A stretch of 62,090 nt of DNA, taken from contig DUQB01000116.1 of the NCBI GenBank assembly GCA_012838035.1, forward strand, positions 1 to 62,090, read 5' to 3'. The stretch's first letter is position 1. The number at the start of each line of letters is the position of its first letter. The notes beneath the pieces are model-generated. The model did no database searches, was not told the DNA's origin, and saw only the letters and a program-made list of their open reading frames with translations. The DNA comes from Bacillota bacterium (GTDB lineage Bacteria; Bacillota; Limnochordia; DTU080). Positions 22,783-33,333 of the stretch are shown here, one piece after another. Position numbers and translations under genes: made by a program.

Positions 22783-23116
22783 GAGGTTAATGCAAAACAA
22801 AACAGTAACGTAACACTATTTTACCTTGCCTTTTTGGAACAGCCATAGGCGAGCTGATGCACCTTACGCAAGCTGCGACGGGCATATATGCCTTGCCGGC
22901 AGCGTCATGGCATTTGCTCTATTGCTCAGGTCTCTATACCATTGTCCGGAACCAACAAGAGTAGGACGGTAAAACAAGCCGATGCGAGCGAACCGTTGTC
23001 TGGATGAGCTAGTCTGCCGAGAACCTTCTCACTAAACGCATTCTACAACTACCTTTCTCATTTCAGCAGGTCTTTGTGCTATAATGAGCGCATCAACCGA
23101 AAGGGGAATTATTGGT

Positions 23117-23437
23117 ATGATTATCACCACAACTCCGACTATCCAAGGTAAAACCATCACTGCGTATAAGGGCATTGTTGTAGGAGAAGTCATCAGCGGT
23201 GTGGATTTTGTTAAGGATTTCGCCGCCGGTCTGACCAACTTTTTCGGCGGTCGCTCCAAAAGCTATGAAGGCGAGCTGATAGAGGCTCGGAACAACGCCT
23301 TGCTCGAGATGCGGCAGAGGGCCGAGGCTATGGGAGCGAACGCTATAGTGGGTGTGGACATCGACTATGAAGTACTAGGCGCCTCAAGTAATATGCTGAT
23401 GGTTACCGTATCGGGAACAGCCGTGGTCATCGAGTAG
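23117..23437 (+). CDS. YbjQ/UPF0145 family protein
   Basis: [11 protein letters not shown]...[14 protein letters not shown]...M...A...[13 protein letters not shown]...[11 protein letters not shown]. Start at ATG 23117; TGCTATAAT lies upstream. Confidence 0.9.
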   Translation: MIITTTPTIQGKTITAYKGIVVGEVISGVDFVKDFAAGLTNFFGGRSKSYEGELIEARNNALLEMRQRAEAMGANAIVGVDIDYEVLGASSNMLMVTVSGTAVVIE

Positions 23438-23525
23438 ATTGCGCATTGACCGCCGGATCCGTACTATCCTCAACTCCGACTCGCTTCGATAGGGGCTCGT
23501 CTTCACAACAACACGCGCCGAAATG

Positions 23526-23566
23526 AAAAGCTCTAAAAGCCTTTAACAAAGGCTTTTAGAGCTCTT
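23526..23566. terminator. Bidirectional terminator between ybjQ-like gene and ilvD
   Basis: Perfect 16-bp stem AGCTCTAAAAGCCTTT-aac-AAAGGCTTTTAGAGCT. Confidence 0.7.
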
Positions 23567-23694
23567 ACGGTCTCTAAGCCGACGACAGGTCCGACCGGCT
23601 GGCTCATGACGCGGGACGTCGAGTCGCCTTCCTTGTCGGCAAAGACAAATGCACGCAGACGGAAGGCGGACCGGACCGCTTTTTGCGGGTAGGG

Positions 23695-25389
23695 TCATAC
23701 ATGCTCTTCTGCCCGTAACACGGCACCTTCATTAGCCGAGGTGACCATCTGAGAGTAACGGTAGAGATATCCGCGGCGTACCTTGGGCGCAGGAGGTTGC
23801 CACTTGGCCCGACGCTCCGCCAACTGGTCGTCCGTCAGGTCTACGGAGATGATCCCGGCTTCCAGGTCGATGGTGATGAGGTCGCCGTCTTCCAGCAAAC
23901 CGATAGGGCCTCCCGCAGCGCCTTCAGGTGAGATATGGCCGACGGCAATTCCGCGTGTGCCGCCCGAAAAGCGGCCGTCCGTAATGAGGGCGACGCTTTT
24001 ACCTAGTCCCATACCCATAATGGCCGAGGTGTGTCCCAACATTTCCGGCATGCCCGGGCCGCCTTTCGGTCCCTCGTAACGCACGACGACCACATCGCCT
24101 GCTTTGACCTTGCCCGATGTTATGCCGGTAAACGCATCCTCTTGTGAATCAAATATGACGGCGGGTCCCACGTGCCGCCTCACGCTGGGATCGACTGCGC
24201 CGCTTTTAATTACTGCACCATCCGGCGCCAAATTACCGAAGAGTATTTGCAAGCCGCCCCACGTGCTGTGCGGATTGTCCAACGGACGGATTACCTCGGT
24301 ATCGAGGCTGCGCCGACCAGCTACGTTTTCGGCCAAGGTTTTACCTGTGATCGTTATGCAGTCAGGATGTAAAATACCGGGTCTTTGCAGCAATTCGCCC
24401 AATATGGCGCTGATGCCGCCGGCCTTGTGAATATCCTCGATGTGAATATCGGAAGCCGGACTCACCTTACAGATATGAGGCACCCGTTTGGCCACCTCGT
24501 TTAAACGAGAGAGCGGATAGTCAACCTCAGCCTCCTTGCAAAAGGCGAGCGTGTGCAGAACCGTGTTGGAGGAGCCCCCCATGGCCATGTCGAGAGCGAA
24601 CGCGTTATCAATCGACTTGGCATTGACGATATCGCGCGGCTTTAGATCGATTTCAATTAGATGCATTAACTGTTGTGCCGCTTGTTTGGCCAGTTCCAAA
24701 CGTTGGGGATCTCTGGCCAGTAACGTCCCGTTCCCCGGCAGGGCGATACCCAGCGCCTCGCACAGGCAGTTCATCGAGTTTGCCGTATACATGCCTGAAC
24801 ACGAACCGCATCCAGGACATGCCACGCTCTCAATGTCCTTCAACTGCTTGGCATCGATTTTACCGGACGTATACTCTCCGACGGCCTCAAACACCGAGAT
24901 CAGGTCGACGGCCTTACCGTCGTAACGCCCTGCGGCCATCGGACCGCCGCTGATGAAGATGGTGGGAATGTTTACTCGCATAGCGGCCATGAGCATGCCC
25001 GGCGTAATTTTGTCGCAGTTGGGAATGCAAATCATGCCGTCAAAGGCGTGGGCTGTAAGCATGGTTTCCACAGCGTCTGCAATCAGCTCGCGGCTGGGCA
25101 AAGAGTAGCGCATGCCGATGTGACCCATCGCAATACCATCATCGACGCCGATGGTGTTGAACTCAAACGGTACGCCGCCTGCCTCGCGGATCGCTTCCTT
25201 TACCACTTTGCCGAAATCTTGCAGGTGCACGTGCCCGGGAACGATGTCTACATACGAGTTACATACGGCGATAAAAGGTTTGTTCATATCTTCATCGCGC
25301 ACCCCGGCGGCTCTGAGCAGACTGCGATGCGGCGCTCTGTCGGCGCCTGCCTTGATCCGGTCGCTACGCATCGGACGAACAGGACTCAT
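23695..25389 (-). CDS. ilvD: Dihydroxy-acid dehydratase
   Basis: [34 protein letters not shown] and TDGRFSG motifs. Confidence 0.96.
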   Translation of the reverse strand: MSPVRPMRSDRIKAGADRAPHRSLLRAAGVRDEDMNKPFIAVCNSYVDIVPGHVHLQDFGKVVKEAIREAGGVPFEFNTIGVDDGIAMGHIGMRYSLPSRELIADAVETMLTAHAFDGMICIPNCDKITPGMLMAAMRVNIPTIFISGGPMAAGRYDGKAVDLISVFEAVGEYTSGKIDAKQLKDIESVACPGCGSCSGMYTANSMNCLCEALGIALPGNGTLLARDPQRLELAKQAAQQLMHLIEIDLKPRDIVNAKSIDNAFALDMAMGGSSNTVLHTLAFCKEAEVDYPLSRLNEVAKRVPHICKVSPASDIHIEDIHKAGGISAILGELLQRPGILHPDCITITGKTLAENVAGRRSLDTEVIRPLDNPHSTWGGLQILFGNLAPDGAVIKSGAVDPSVRRHVGPAVIFDSQEDAFTGITSGKVKAGDVVVVRYEGPKGGPGMPEMLGHTSAIMGMGLGKSVALITDGRFSGGTRGIAVGHISPEGAAGGPIGLLEDGDLITIDLEAGIISVDLTDDQLAERRAKWQPPAPKVRRGYLYRYSQMVTSANEGAVLRAEEHV

Positions 25390-25419
25390 GATGATATACC
25401 CCCAAATTTACGCTCACCG

Positions 25420-25839
25420 CTATTGCGGCAGTACCTTTTTGGCCCGCTTTCCCAACTGTTGGGCTTCACGCGGAGATGTAAGCGAAGCGAAGTCTACGAC
25501 TATCGCCCCCTGCTTTTCCATGGCGGACATAAGAGTGCGCAGCCCCTTGCCTGTACCAAAGAGTAACGGCTTTACAAAGGCAATGCACCTTTTACCTTCC
25601 ATGCGGCTCACATGCGTGAGCATGTTTTGTACGTCCTCAGCAATTTTGCCGCCGAAGACGCCGACAATCGGGCTGCCTACAAAGATCAGATCGTACTGGC
25701 TCACCGCGATCGGTTGACTTTGGGACCGATCGGCTTCCTGTAATTGCACATTGATGTCGACAGACTCCAAACCTTGTTTCAACCCGGTTACCAAGGGATC
25801 TAGTCGACCACTCGCGCTATAAATGATAAGTGCCCGCAT
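25420..25839 (-). CDS. Flavodoxin-like fold protein (degenerate FMN loop)
   Basis: MRALIIYS...YDLIFVGSP...GKRCIAF flavodoxin-like pattern. Start at ATG 25839 after GGAGG. Confidence 0.6.
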   Translation of the reverse strand: MRALIIYSASGRLDPLVTGLKQGLESVDINVQLQEADRSQSQPIAVSQYDLIFVGSPIVGVFGGKIAEDVQNMLTHVSRMEGKRCIAFVKPLLFGTGKGLRTLMSAMEKQGAIVVDFASLTSPREAQQLGKRAKKVLPQ

Positions 25840-25925
25840 TCCGACACCTCCACACACCTGACTTCCTAACTATTTCCTGCACCACGGCCAACTTTCCTTC
25901 ACCATATACGGCGATATTACAGAAG

Positions 25926-27182
25926 TCAAGCAGAGCGGAAAGCTTCGGCACGGGTAGGTCGTACCGAGTGTAACATGCGGTCAAGATAACGTCCCAAGCG
26001 CTTAATACCTTCCGCCATATCATCTTCGCTCACCTGGCTAAAAGCCAGTCTAATGGTGTTCTTGCCGCTCCCGTCCACGAAAAACGCACCTCCGGGCACA
26101 TAGGCCGTCTTCTCCTTCGCGACCAGTCCGGGTAATAGCTGTTTGGCATCCAAATGCGCCGGCAGCGTAATCCAAATGAAGAAACCCCCTTGCGGTTGCG
26201 TCCACCGGACCTCCTTCGGCAGGTACTCCGTCAATGCAGCTAAGGCTAAATCCCGTTTCCTCTTGTAAATACTTTTAAGGGTGCCGATGTGTTGATCGAG
26301 CAAACCTGATTTAGCAAACTCGCACACCAACTTCTGACCGAGAGAGTTGGTACATAAGTCGGAGCCTTGTTTTGCTATGCACACCTTTTGGATGATCACG
26401 GGATCGGCGACAAGCCAACCCAGACGTACGCCTGGTATGCAGATTTTGGAAAAGGAGCCCAAGTAGAAGACACGACCGTCGGTGTCGAAGGTCTTTAAGT
26501 GTGGCAAAGACGTGCCTTCTAAACGTAAATCTCCGTACGGGTTATCTTCGATAATGGTGAAGTCGTAATCACGGGCTAAAGCGACCAAACGCTCACGCCG
26601 CGACAGACTAAGCGTTACCCCGGTGGGGTTATGAAAGTTAGGCACAATGTACAACACTTTGGGCAGCGGCGCCCCCTGTTCCCTCTGCTTCGCCAAATAC
26701 TGTTCCAAAGCTCCAACGTCCAAGCCTTGTTCGTCTTGCCTGACGCCGACCGGTTTTGCTTCATAGTTGACGGCCGCGTTTATTCCGCCGATGTAAGCGG
26801 GCAACTCATACACCACCGGTTCGCCGGGATTGATGAGTATCTTAAACAGCAGATCCAAAGCTTGTTGTGACCCGTTCGTAATGATCACATGCTCTGGCTT
26901 GGTCAATATTCCTTCCCGGCTCATGCGCTCCGCAATCAGGCATCGTAGCTCGTATATGCCCTCCGTCGGTCCGTATTGTAATGCGACATCCGCTTCGCTC
27001 TCCATGAGTCTTTGCATTACCTGCCTTAATTCCGTAACCGGGAACGATTCGGGAGCCGGGAACCCTCCGGCAAATGAAATGATATCGGGTCGCTCTGCAA
27101 GTTGAAACGCATCGCGAATCTCTGATGCCCGCATACCAACAGTACGCTGCGCCAATAGTCTCTGCCAATTGATCATATCCAT
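25926..27182 (-). CDS. PLP-dependent class I/II aminotransferase (LysN/ARO8-like; candidate alanine-forming transaminase)
   Basis: ISFAGGFP, LQYG, TNGSQQ, NPTG, EDNPY, GSFSK (PLP lysine) and RLAFS motifs. Start at ATG 27182 after GAGGGGG. Confidence 0.88.
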   Translation of the reverse strand: MDMINWQRLLAQRTVGMRASEIRDAFQLAERPDIISFAGGFPAPESFPVTELRQVMQRLMESEADVALQYGPTEGIYELRCLIAERMSREGILTKPEHVIITNGSQQALDLLFKILINPGEPVVYELPAYIGGINAAVNYEAKPVGVRQDEQGLDVGALEQYLAKQREQGAPLPKVLYIVPNFHNPTGVTLSLSRRERLVALARDYDFTIIEDNPYGDLRLEGTSLPHLKTFDTDGRVFYLGSFSKICIPGVRLGWLVADPVIIQKVCIAKQGSDLCTNSLGQKLVCEFAKSGLLDQHIGTLKSIYKRKRDLALAALTEYLPKEVRWTQPQGGFFIWITLPAHLDAKQLLPGLVAKEKTAYVPGGAFFVDGSGKNTIRLAFSQVSEDDMAEGIKRLGRYLDRMLHSVRPTRAEAFRSA

Positions 27183-27215
27183 AAACCCCCTCGTCTGCGC
27201 TGAAAAACACACCGA

Positions 27216-27520
27216 CAAAAACAAAAACTCCTGTCTCCTATTCCAGAGACGGGAGCTTCCCGCGGTACCACTCTGTTTGCCCGGCTAAGCCGGACCAACT
27301 CCGGGCGTACGTGTAAGCACCTAAGCAATGGTTCCTACACGACTACCTACAGGCGTTAACGACGCCCACCGTTCTCGTTAATCCGAGAAGGCTCCAGGGC
27401 GGCTCAAGCTTACGTACCGAGGATCCTCACAGCGCGGCGTACATAATCCGCAGATCCCTCTCTGCTTGCAGGATATCCCTGCTGCGGCACTCTAGACTCT
27501 TCTTCCCCTTCATTGCCTCA
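27216..27520 (-). ncRNA. T-box riboswitch, proximal copy of tandem (probable Ala GCC specifier)
   Basis: GGCAATGA...AGAGA...GA-GCC-G-CCCTGGAGCC stem I base; T-box AAACAGAGTGGTACCGCG (27278-27261); terminator followed by TTTTTGTTTTT. Confidence 0.8.
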
Positions 27521-27540
27521 TAGCCATATGCTCTTGTGAA

Positions 27541-27806
27541 TAAAAAAACCCCGCCCCAGTTATGGGGCGAGGATTGCTCGCGTTACCACCCATGTTCTCC
27601 GGCTGCTTACGCAACCGGACTCAGTGAGCGCATCAGGCGCTCAGACAAGCTAACCGTTGTCTTAACGGGCCTCTCTTACTCAAAGCTTCCTTTTTTCGGA
27701 GGGCAGCTACCAAGGAGGCTTTCGCAATGCTCCGAGTTTACCCTTGCACCAACCGAGTAACTCTCTGCATTCGGAATCATTGGTACTGACCTTGGTCATC
27801 GCCTTT
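27541..27806 (-). ncRNA. T-box riboswitch, distal copy of tandem (Ala GCC specifier)
   Basis: GGCGATGA, AGTA, AGAGA, GGTGCAAG, GAA-A-GCC (27719-27717), CCCGTTA, T-box AACATGGGTGGTAACGCG (27596-27579); terminator followed by T7. Confidence 0.9.
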
Positions 27807-27813
27807 AGGTTAC

Positions 27814-27842
27814 ACTTTAACATCAGGCTGATCGCCTGTCAA
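27814..27842 (-). promoter_or_regulatory. sigmaA promoter of the tandem T-box leader
   Basis: TTGACA (27842-27837), 17-nt spacer, TGtTAAAGT. Confidence 0.7.
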
Positions 27843-27849
27843 CAGGTAT

Positions 27850-29301
27850 TCAGCGTGTCATCGCGGTCACCTTGGCAACTTCTGTTTCCATAGCGTATGA
27901 CGAAGACGAAATGGTATCGCCCATACCGACCGTGCTGATCGGATTAGGTACCACGTGAGCCGGTACGACGAGCGCATAATGATCGACAAACTCCCAAATG
28001 CCTTCGGCAAGTTGCCGCCCGGAGTCCTTGACATGCTCCGCAAACAAGTCGACCTGAGCGAAACCGATGTCCGACAGCATCATTTCACCGGCTTCAGGCA
28101 GCAAATCAACTCCTGGGAAATTGCCGTACTTGGCTTTCATGGCGTTGACCGCCGAGGCATAAAGCGAAGCGCCGACCGCTTCGTCCATGGAGATACCGTA
28201 CGGTTTGCGCAGCACAATGACATAATACCCCAAATTGTGTACATGCACCCGTTCTACCTGCAGTTCATGCAACAATGTCAATCCCCCTTGATAGAGGGTG
28301 AAAGCCTGTTCATCCCGATCTATCGTATCGGCAAGCTCCCCGTGCTCAAGTGTCCGTAACGCCCGCTTGATCTCATTCTCATTAATGCCGAAACTGTTGC
28401 TCACTTCGCCGATGCCGCGCAACAACTCCGCTTCCAGACTCTCATACTTCACCGGTACATATTCGTAATGTATAAGCAGACTCGGATTATTCCTTCTCAG
28501 TTCCCGTAAGGAATGCTTGGTATAGGCTAAATATGACGCAAAATCGCGACCGCCGTTATCAGTCGGCGTAGCGTAATGGTAACCCGCCATGAAAGCGGTA
28601 TCGCAACACTCGCCTAGATCCGCCAGTAAGGTATCGAAAGCGGGATCGAATGCCATAATCGCGCCTTTAGGTCGAGTAGCGGCGATAACGCGGTTAGCCC
28701 GCGGCGTGGTGACGGTTTGCTCACCAAACTGAAACTGCACGCCTTTGGCGTACTCGAAAATCCAATTGACTTTCACATGATCATCCGGACGCGCCGCTTC
28801 GCGCACTGGTATTAAGTCCAAGGTGTCGTTCTCCGCGGTGGGCACCAGAACGCGCTCATCGAACATTTGGGCTTGCAGGGGAGTCAGCAACCGTGTATAA
28901 GCGATAGACGTCGCCCCTAATGCCGCCAACTGATTGGCGATAATGCCGGCTTGTCCGCCCATGCTTTGCTTAGCGTCGGTAAACACCGCATTGATCCATT
29001 GGAGCAGATCGCCCTCCACCACAGTATAGCAGGACTTCCCAGCCGCCAACTGCGTTTTTATGATCATGAGAAACTCCTGAGGCGTGGAAATGGCATTCGG
29101 AAGTTGCTCGCAGGTACGCTCCGGAATCTCATCAGGCCGTATTCCACTCATGGCGATAGCCCGCGCAATATTATCCGGAGTTAGGTGCACCACGGAATCG
29201 ATATTGGTATTAAAAGCAGCAAAGGTACGCACGCTCAGCGAGCGTGATACCGCTGTTTTCAGTCTTTGTTGCCAGAGTTGTTTATCTGCCACCAAATCCA
29301 C
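27850..29301 (-). CDS. ADP-dependent glucokinase/phosphofructokinase family (PfkC)
   Basis: NTNID, MGGQAGIIANQLA, VNWIFEY, PRANR, NENE (NEXE) and STVGMGDTISS motifs. Confidence 0.88.
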   Translation of the reverse strand: MDLVADKQLWQQRLKTAVSRSLSVRTFAAFNTNIDSVVHLTPDNIARAIAMSGIRPDEIPERTCEQLPNAISTPQEFLMIIKTQLAAGKSCYTVVEGDLLQWINAVFTDAKQSMGGQAGIIANQLAALGATSIAYTRLLTPLQAQMFDERVLVPTAENDTLDLIPVREAARPDDHVKVNWIFEYAKGVQFQFGEQTVTTPRANRVIAATRPKGAIMAFDPAFDTLLADLGECCDTAFMAGYHYATPTDNGGRDFASYLAYTKHSLRELRRNNPSLLIHYEYVPVKYESLEAELLRGIGEVSNSFGINENEIKRALRTLEHGELADTIDRDEQAFTLYQGGLTLLHELQVERVHVHNLGYYVIVLRKPYGISMDEAVGASLYASAVNAMKAKYGNFPGVDLLPEAGEMMLSDIGFAQVDLFAEHVKDSGRQLAEGIWEFVDHYALVVPAHVVPNPISTVGMGDTISSSSYAMETEVAKVTAMTR

Positions 29302-29374
29302 CTCACTTGAGGGTATGCCGTATACAGATGCTATGTTACTGCAGCCAACCTACCCCTGCATAAGTATAGCTTGT

Positions 29375-30769
29375 CTAATTCGCGCCGCGTAAAAGCCGGT
29401 CGGCAACCAGTTTACGAGCGCGACTGAGGGCGTTTTCCACAGCGGCCGGAGCAGTACCTCCAATGACCATGCGAGCATTCACCGAAGCTTGCAGCGAAAT
29501 CGTCTCCTGTACGTCATCATCTGCTTCAGGAGCGAACCGCCGCAGTTCCGCGGTGCTTAAGTCCGCTAAGGTGAGCTGGTTTTCTGTGCAATAGAGCACT
29601 ATTTTGCCGACAATCTCATGCGCACTACGAAACGGTACGCCTTTGCGCACTAGGTAATCCGCCAGGTCTGTGGCCGTAAGAAAGCCCTCTACACAGGCAT
29701 TCTCCATCCGCTCGGGCTTTACCTGCATACTCCTGATCATCGGAGTCATGACGCCTAATACGCCTACGCAGGTATGCACCGTGTCAAACATGGCTTCCTT
29801 ATCTTCCTGCATGTCCTTGTTATATGCCAACGGCAGACCTTTCATCATGGTCAGCAGTCCGACCAAGTGACCTACGACCCGACCGGTTTTTCCCCGCGCC
29901 AGTTCAGCTACGTCAGGGTTCTTCTTCTGCGGCATAATACTGCTGCCGGTACTAAACGCATCATCCAATTCGATGAAGTTAAAGGCAGGCGTCGCCCATA
30001 AAATGATCTCTTCGCACAAACGGCTAATATGCATCATCAAGATGCCGGCTGCAGAGATGAACTCGATTAGATAATCACGAGCGGATACCGCATCCAGGCT
30101 GTTTGCCGTGACTGCGGAGAAACCGAGTTGCTGCGCGACCCATTCTCTATCAATGGGATAAGTTACGCCGGCCAACGCCCCGGCTCCCAACGGACAAACA
30201 TCAACTCGCTTATAACAGTCCGCTAAGCGTTCCCTGTCGCGTTGGAACATCTCTACATATGCGAGGAAGTGATGCGCCGCCAGAATAGGCTGCGCCGGTT
30301 GTAGGTGCGTAAACCCGGGCATGATGTAGTTCTTCGTCGCTTCAGCCTGCTCCACCAACGCCTGCTGTAATTCTAAGATCATGCCCTCAATCTTGCTCAG
30401 CTGATCCTTCAAGTACAGGCGCGTGTCCACAGCCACTTGGTCGTTTCGACTGCGCCCGGTATGCAAACGACGGCCGGGTTCACCGATGCGCGCAATCAGC
30501 TCCGCCTCGATGTTCATATGTATATCTTCAGCTTCCACGGAAAATGGCAGCTTGCCGGCTTCTATGTCGGTGAGAATTTGCTCCAAACCTTCCACAATCA
30601 GATCGGCATCGGCCTCCGTGATAACACGGGCACGAGCCAGGCCTCTTGCATGAGCCTGGCTCCCCATAATATCGTAACGGTACAATTGCCAATCAAATCC
30701 GATTGAAGAGTGGAAGTCGTCCACACGGGTATCTGTCGGCCGTGTAAAGCGGCCTCCCCATAACTTCAA
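29375..30769 (-). CDS. argH: Argininosuccinate lyase
   Basis: [16 protein letters not shown] and [12 protein letters not shown] motifs. Confidence 0.97.
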   Translation of the reverse strand: MKLWGGRFTRPTDTRVDDFHSSIGFDWQLYRYDIMGSQAHARGLARARVITEADADLIVEGLEQILTDIEAGKLPFSVEAEDIHMNIEAELIARIGEPGRRLHTGRSRNDQVAVDTRLYLKDQLSKIEGMILELQQALVEQAEATKNYIMPGFTHLQPAQPILAAHHFLAYVEMFQRDRERLADCYKRVDVCPLGAGALAGVTYPIDREWVAQQLGFSAVTANSLDAVSARDYLIEFISAAGILMMHISRLCEEIILWATPAFNFIELDDAFSTGSSIMPQKKNPDVAELARGKTGRVVGHLVGLLTMMKGLPLAYNKDMQEDKEAMFDTVHTCVGVLGVMTPMIRSMQVKPERMENACVEGFLTATDLADYLVRKGVPFRSAHEIVGKIVLYCTENQLTLADLSTAELRRFAPEADDDVQETISLQASVNARMVIGGTAPAAVENALSRARKLVADRLLRGAN

Positions 30770-30772
30770 TAC

Positions 30773-32014
30773 TTAGCCCTCCTTGTACGGACGGATCAGG
30801 CTTTTCCCCTGTTTATTCCGCAGAGCAGCCTGAACACTGACCGGCAAACCAAGCAAATTGATGAAGCCGCGGGACCATGCTTGGTCATAAACCTGATCGG
30901 CTCCGAAAGTAGCCAACTCCGGATCGTACAATGAGTATGGCGATCGACGGCCGACTACGATACAGTTGCCTTTGTAGAGTTTAAGGCGTACATCGCCTGT
31001 GACGTTGGTTTGCGTGGTGTTGACAAAGGCATCGAGAGCTTCACGCAGAGGCGTAAACCACTGTCCATTATACACGATCTCAGCGTACCTCTCAGCAATA
31101 ATCTGCTTGTAATGCATCGTGTCGCGGTCTAGGCACAGATACTCCAACTCTTTATGCGCAGTCATAAGGATGGTGCCGCCCGGGGTTTCATACACGCCCC
31201 GTGATTTCATACCCACCAGACGGTTTTCGACGATATCGCAACGGCCTACGCCATGCTTAGCGCCAAGTTCGTTCAACTTCTCCAGCAAGGCAATGGGATC
31301 CAACGCTTCCCCGTCCACCGCTACCGGGGTACCTTGTTCAAAAGAAACGACCACATAGACCGGGCTATCGGGGGCATTCTCCGGGCTTGTACCAATCAGG
31401 AACATATCTTCATCAGGTTCGTTCCAAGGCTCCTCCAAAATGCCGCCTTCATATGAAATATGCCACAGGTTGCGATCCATGGAATAGTTCTTTTCTTTGG
31501 TGACAGGCACCGGAATGCCGTGCGCCAAGGCGTAATCGATTTCCTCGTCACGCGACTTGATACTCCAATCGCGCCAAGGAGCGATAATTCTCATTGCCGG
31601 ATCCAGAGCCTTAAAAGTGAGTTCAAAACGCACTTGGTCATTGCCTTTGCCGGTGCACCCGTGCGCTACGGCTTGAGCGCCTTCCGCATGAGCGATCTCC
31701 ATTTGACGCCGAGCGATAGGTGGGCGGGCCATGGAAGTACCCAACAGATACTTGCCTTCGTAAACAGCGCCGGCGCGCAAGGTCGGCCACACATACTCTG
31801 TAAGGAACTCTTCACGCAAATCTGCAACTATGCATTTACTGGCGCCGCTTTTAAGGGCTTTTTCTTCGATGCCGTCCAGTTCTCCAGGACCTTGCCCAAC
31901 GTCGGCGACGAACGCAATGACCTCACAACCGTAGTTCTCTTTCAGCCAGGGGATAATGACGGATGTATCCAGACCGCCGGAGTATGCCAACACTACTTTT
32001 TGCACTTCGCTCAT
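30773..32014 (-). CDS. argG: Argininosuccinate synthase
   Basis: [24 protein letters not shown] and SRGVYETPG motifs. Start at ATG 32014 after GGAGG. Confidence 0.96.
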   Translation of the reverse strand: MSEVQKVVLAYSGGLDTSVIIPWLKENYGCEVIAFVADVGQGPGELDGIEEKALKSGASKCIVADLREEFLTEYVWPTLRAGAVYEGKYLLGTSMARPPIARRQMEIAHAEGAQAVAHGCTGKGNDQVRFELTFKALDPAMRIIAPWRDWSIKSRDEEIDYALAHGIPVPVTKEKNYSMDRNLWHISYEGGILEEPWNEPDEDMFLIGTSPENAPDSPVYVVVSFEQGTPVAVDGEALDPIALLEKLNELGAKHGVGRCDIVENRLVGMKSRGVYETPGGTILMTAHKELEYLCLDRDTMHYKQIIAERYAEIVYNGQWFTPLREALDAFVNTTQTNVTGDVRLKLYKGNCIVVGRRSPYSLYDPELATFGADQVYDQAWSRGFINLLGLPVSVQAALRNKQGKSLIRPYKEG

Positions 32015-32106
32015 CGACTCTACCTCCACTGTTCTATTACGTAATATCATGCTGATCCTTACCTGCCGCCGTGCCGAACCGAACAAGCGACTCCGCAGCC
32101 AAGCTC

Positions 32107-33306
32107 TTACGTCAAGGCTTCACTTATCGCCGCATCCAATATCTGCAACGCTTCATCCATTTCAGCCTTGCTTACGTTCAGCGGCGGCAGTAAACGCAGT
32201 ACTTTGTCGCCGATGACGTTCACCAGCAGGCCGCGCTCCAAAGCCGCCGCTGCTACCTTCCCACCGGATATGTTTAGCGGTACGCCTAACAGACAGCCTG
32301 CGCCGCGCACCGCACCTACCGCTGTGGGGTACCTCTTTGCCAGCTCGGTCAACCCTTGAGTGAGATAAGCGCCGGCAACCGCCGCTTTGTCAACCAAACC
32401 TTCCTCTTCAATGGCTCGCAGAGCGGCCAACGCGACTCGAGTGATGAAAGGTCCGCCGCCGAAGGTGGAGGCATGCGTTCCGGGAGTAAACGCTTGCGCA
32501 AAACGGTCGCTTGCCATAATGCAACCTATGGGCAACCCGCCGCCCAACGCTTTGGCCAAGCTAATGATATCCGGAACCACGCCTAAGTGCTCAAAACCGA
32601 ACCATTTGCCTGTGCGTCCTATGCCGGTTTGTACCTCATCAAAAATTAGGGCTATGCCTTCCTTAGTACAAAGTTCCCGTGCGGCCTGCGCATACTCCTG
32701 GGTCATCGGGTTCACGCCGCCTTCGCCCTGGATCGGTTCCAAAAGGACAGCTGCCGTATGTGGGCCTATCGCTGCTGCCAAAGCGGAGACATCATTCAGC
32801 GGCACATACCGAAAACCCGGTACCAGCGGATCGAAGTATTGCTGGTACTTGGTTTGCCCGGTAGCGGCTAAAGCTCCCATGGTGCGCCCGTGGAAACTAT
32901 GCTCGGCCGTGATGATCTCATAGCGCTCGCTGCTGACAAAAAGTCTGGCATACCGGCGCGCCAGCTTAATGGCCGCTTCATTGGCCTCGGCGCCGCTGTT
33001 ACAGAAGAACGCTTTGTTCAAACTGGATTTTTGCGCCAGAAAGCGTGCCAGCTCAATCTGCGGCTGGTTATAATATAAGTTTGAACAGTGCAGCATCTGC
33101 GTAGCCGCTTCTTGTATGGCGGCGACCACTTTGGGATGGCAGTGTCCCAACGAATTGACCGCTATACCTGAAACAAAGTCAAGGTATACTTTGCCGTCCG
33201 CATCCCATACTCTGGTCCCTTGCCCTTTCACTAAAGCGAGAGGCATCCTGCCGTAATTCGGCGTTAAAAACTCCGTACCTAACTCAATGATCTCTTTGGT
33301 ATCCAT
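32107..33306 (-). CDS. argD: Acetylornithine aminotransferase
   Basis: [28 protein letters not shown] and LAKALGGG motifs; within the arg operon. Confidence 0.93.
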   Translation of the reverse strand: MDTKEIIELGTEFLTPNYGRMPLALVKGQGTRVWDADGKVYLDFVSGIAVNSLGHCHPKVVAAIQEAATQMLHCSNLYYNQPQIELARFLAQKSSLNKAFFCNSGAEANEAAIKLARRYARLFVSSERYEIITAEHSFHGRTMGALAATGQTKYQQYFDPLVPGFRYVPLNDVSALAAAIGPHTAAVLLEPIQGEGGVNPMTQEYAQAARELCTKEGIALIFDEVQTGIGRTGKWFGFEHLGVVPDIISLAKALGGGLPIGCIMASDRFAQAFTPGTHASTFGGGPFITRVALAALRAIEEEGLVDKAAVAGAYLTQGLTELAKRYPTAVGAVRGAGCLLGVPLNISGGKVAAAALERGLLVNVIGDKVLRLLPPLNVSKAEMDEALQILDAAISEALT

Positions 33307-33333
33307 TCCTATGCTTCCCCCTCGTCGCGGCAG

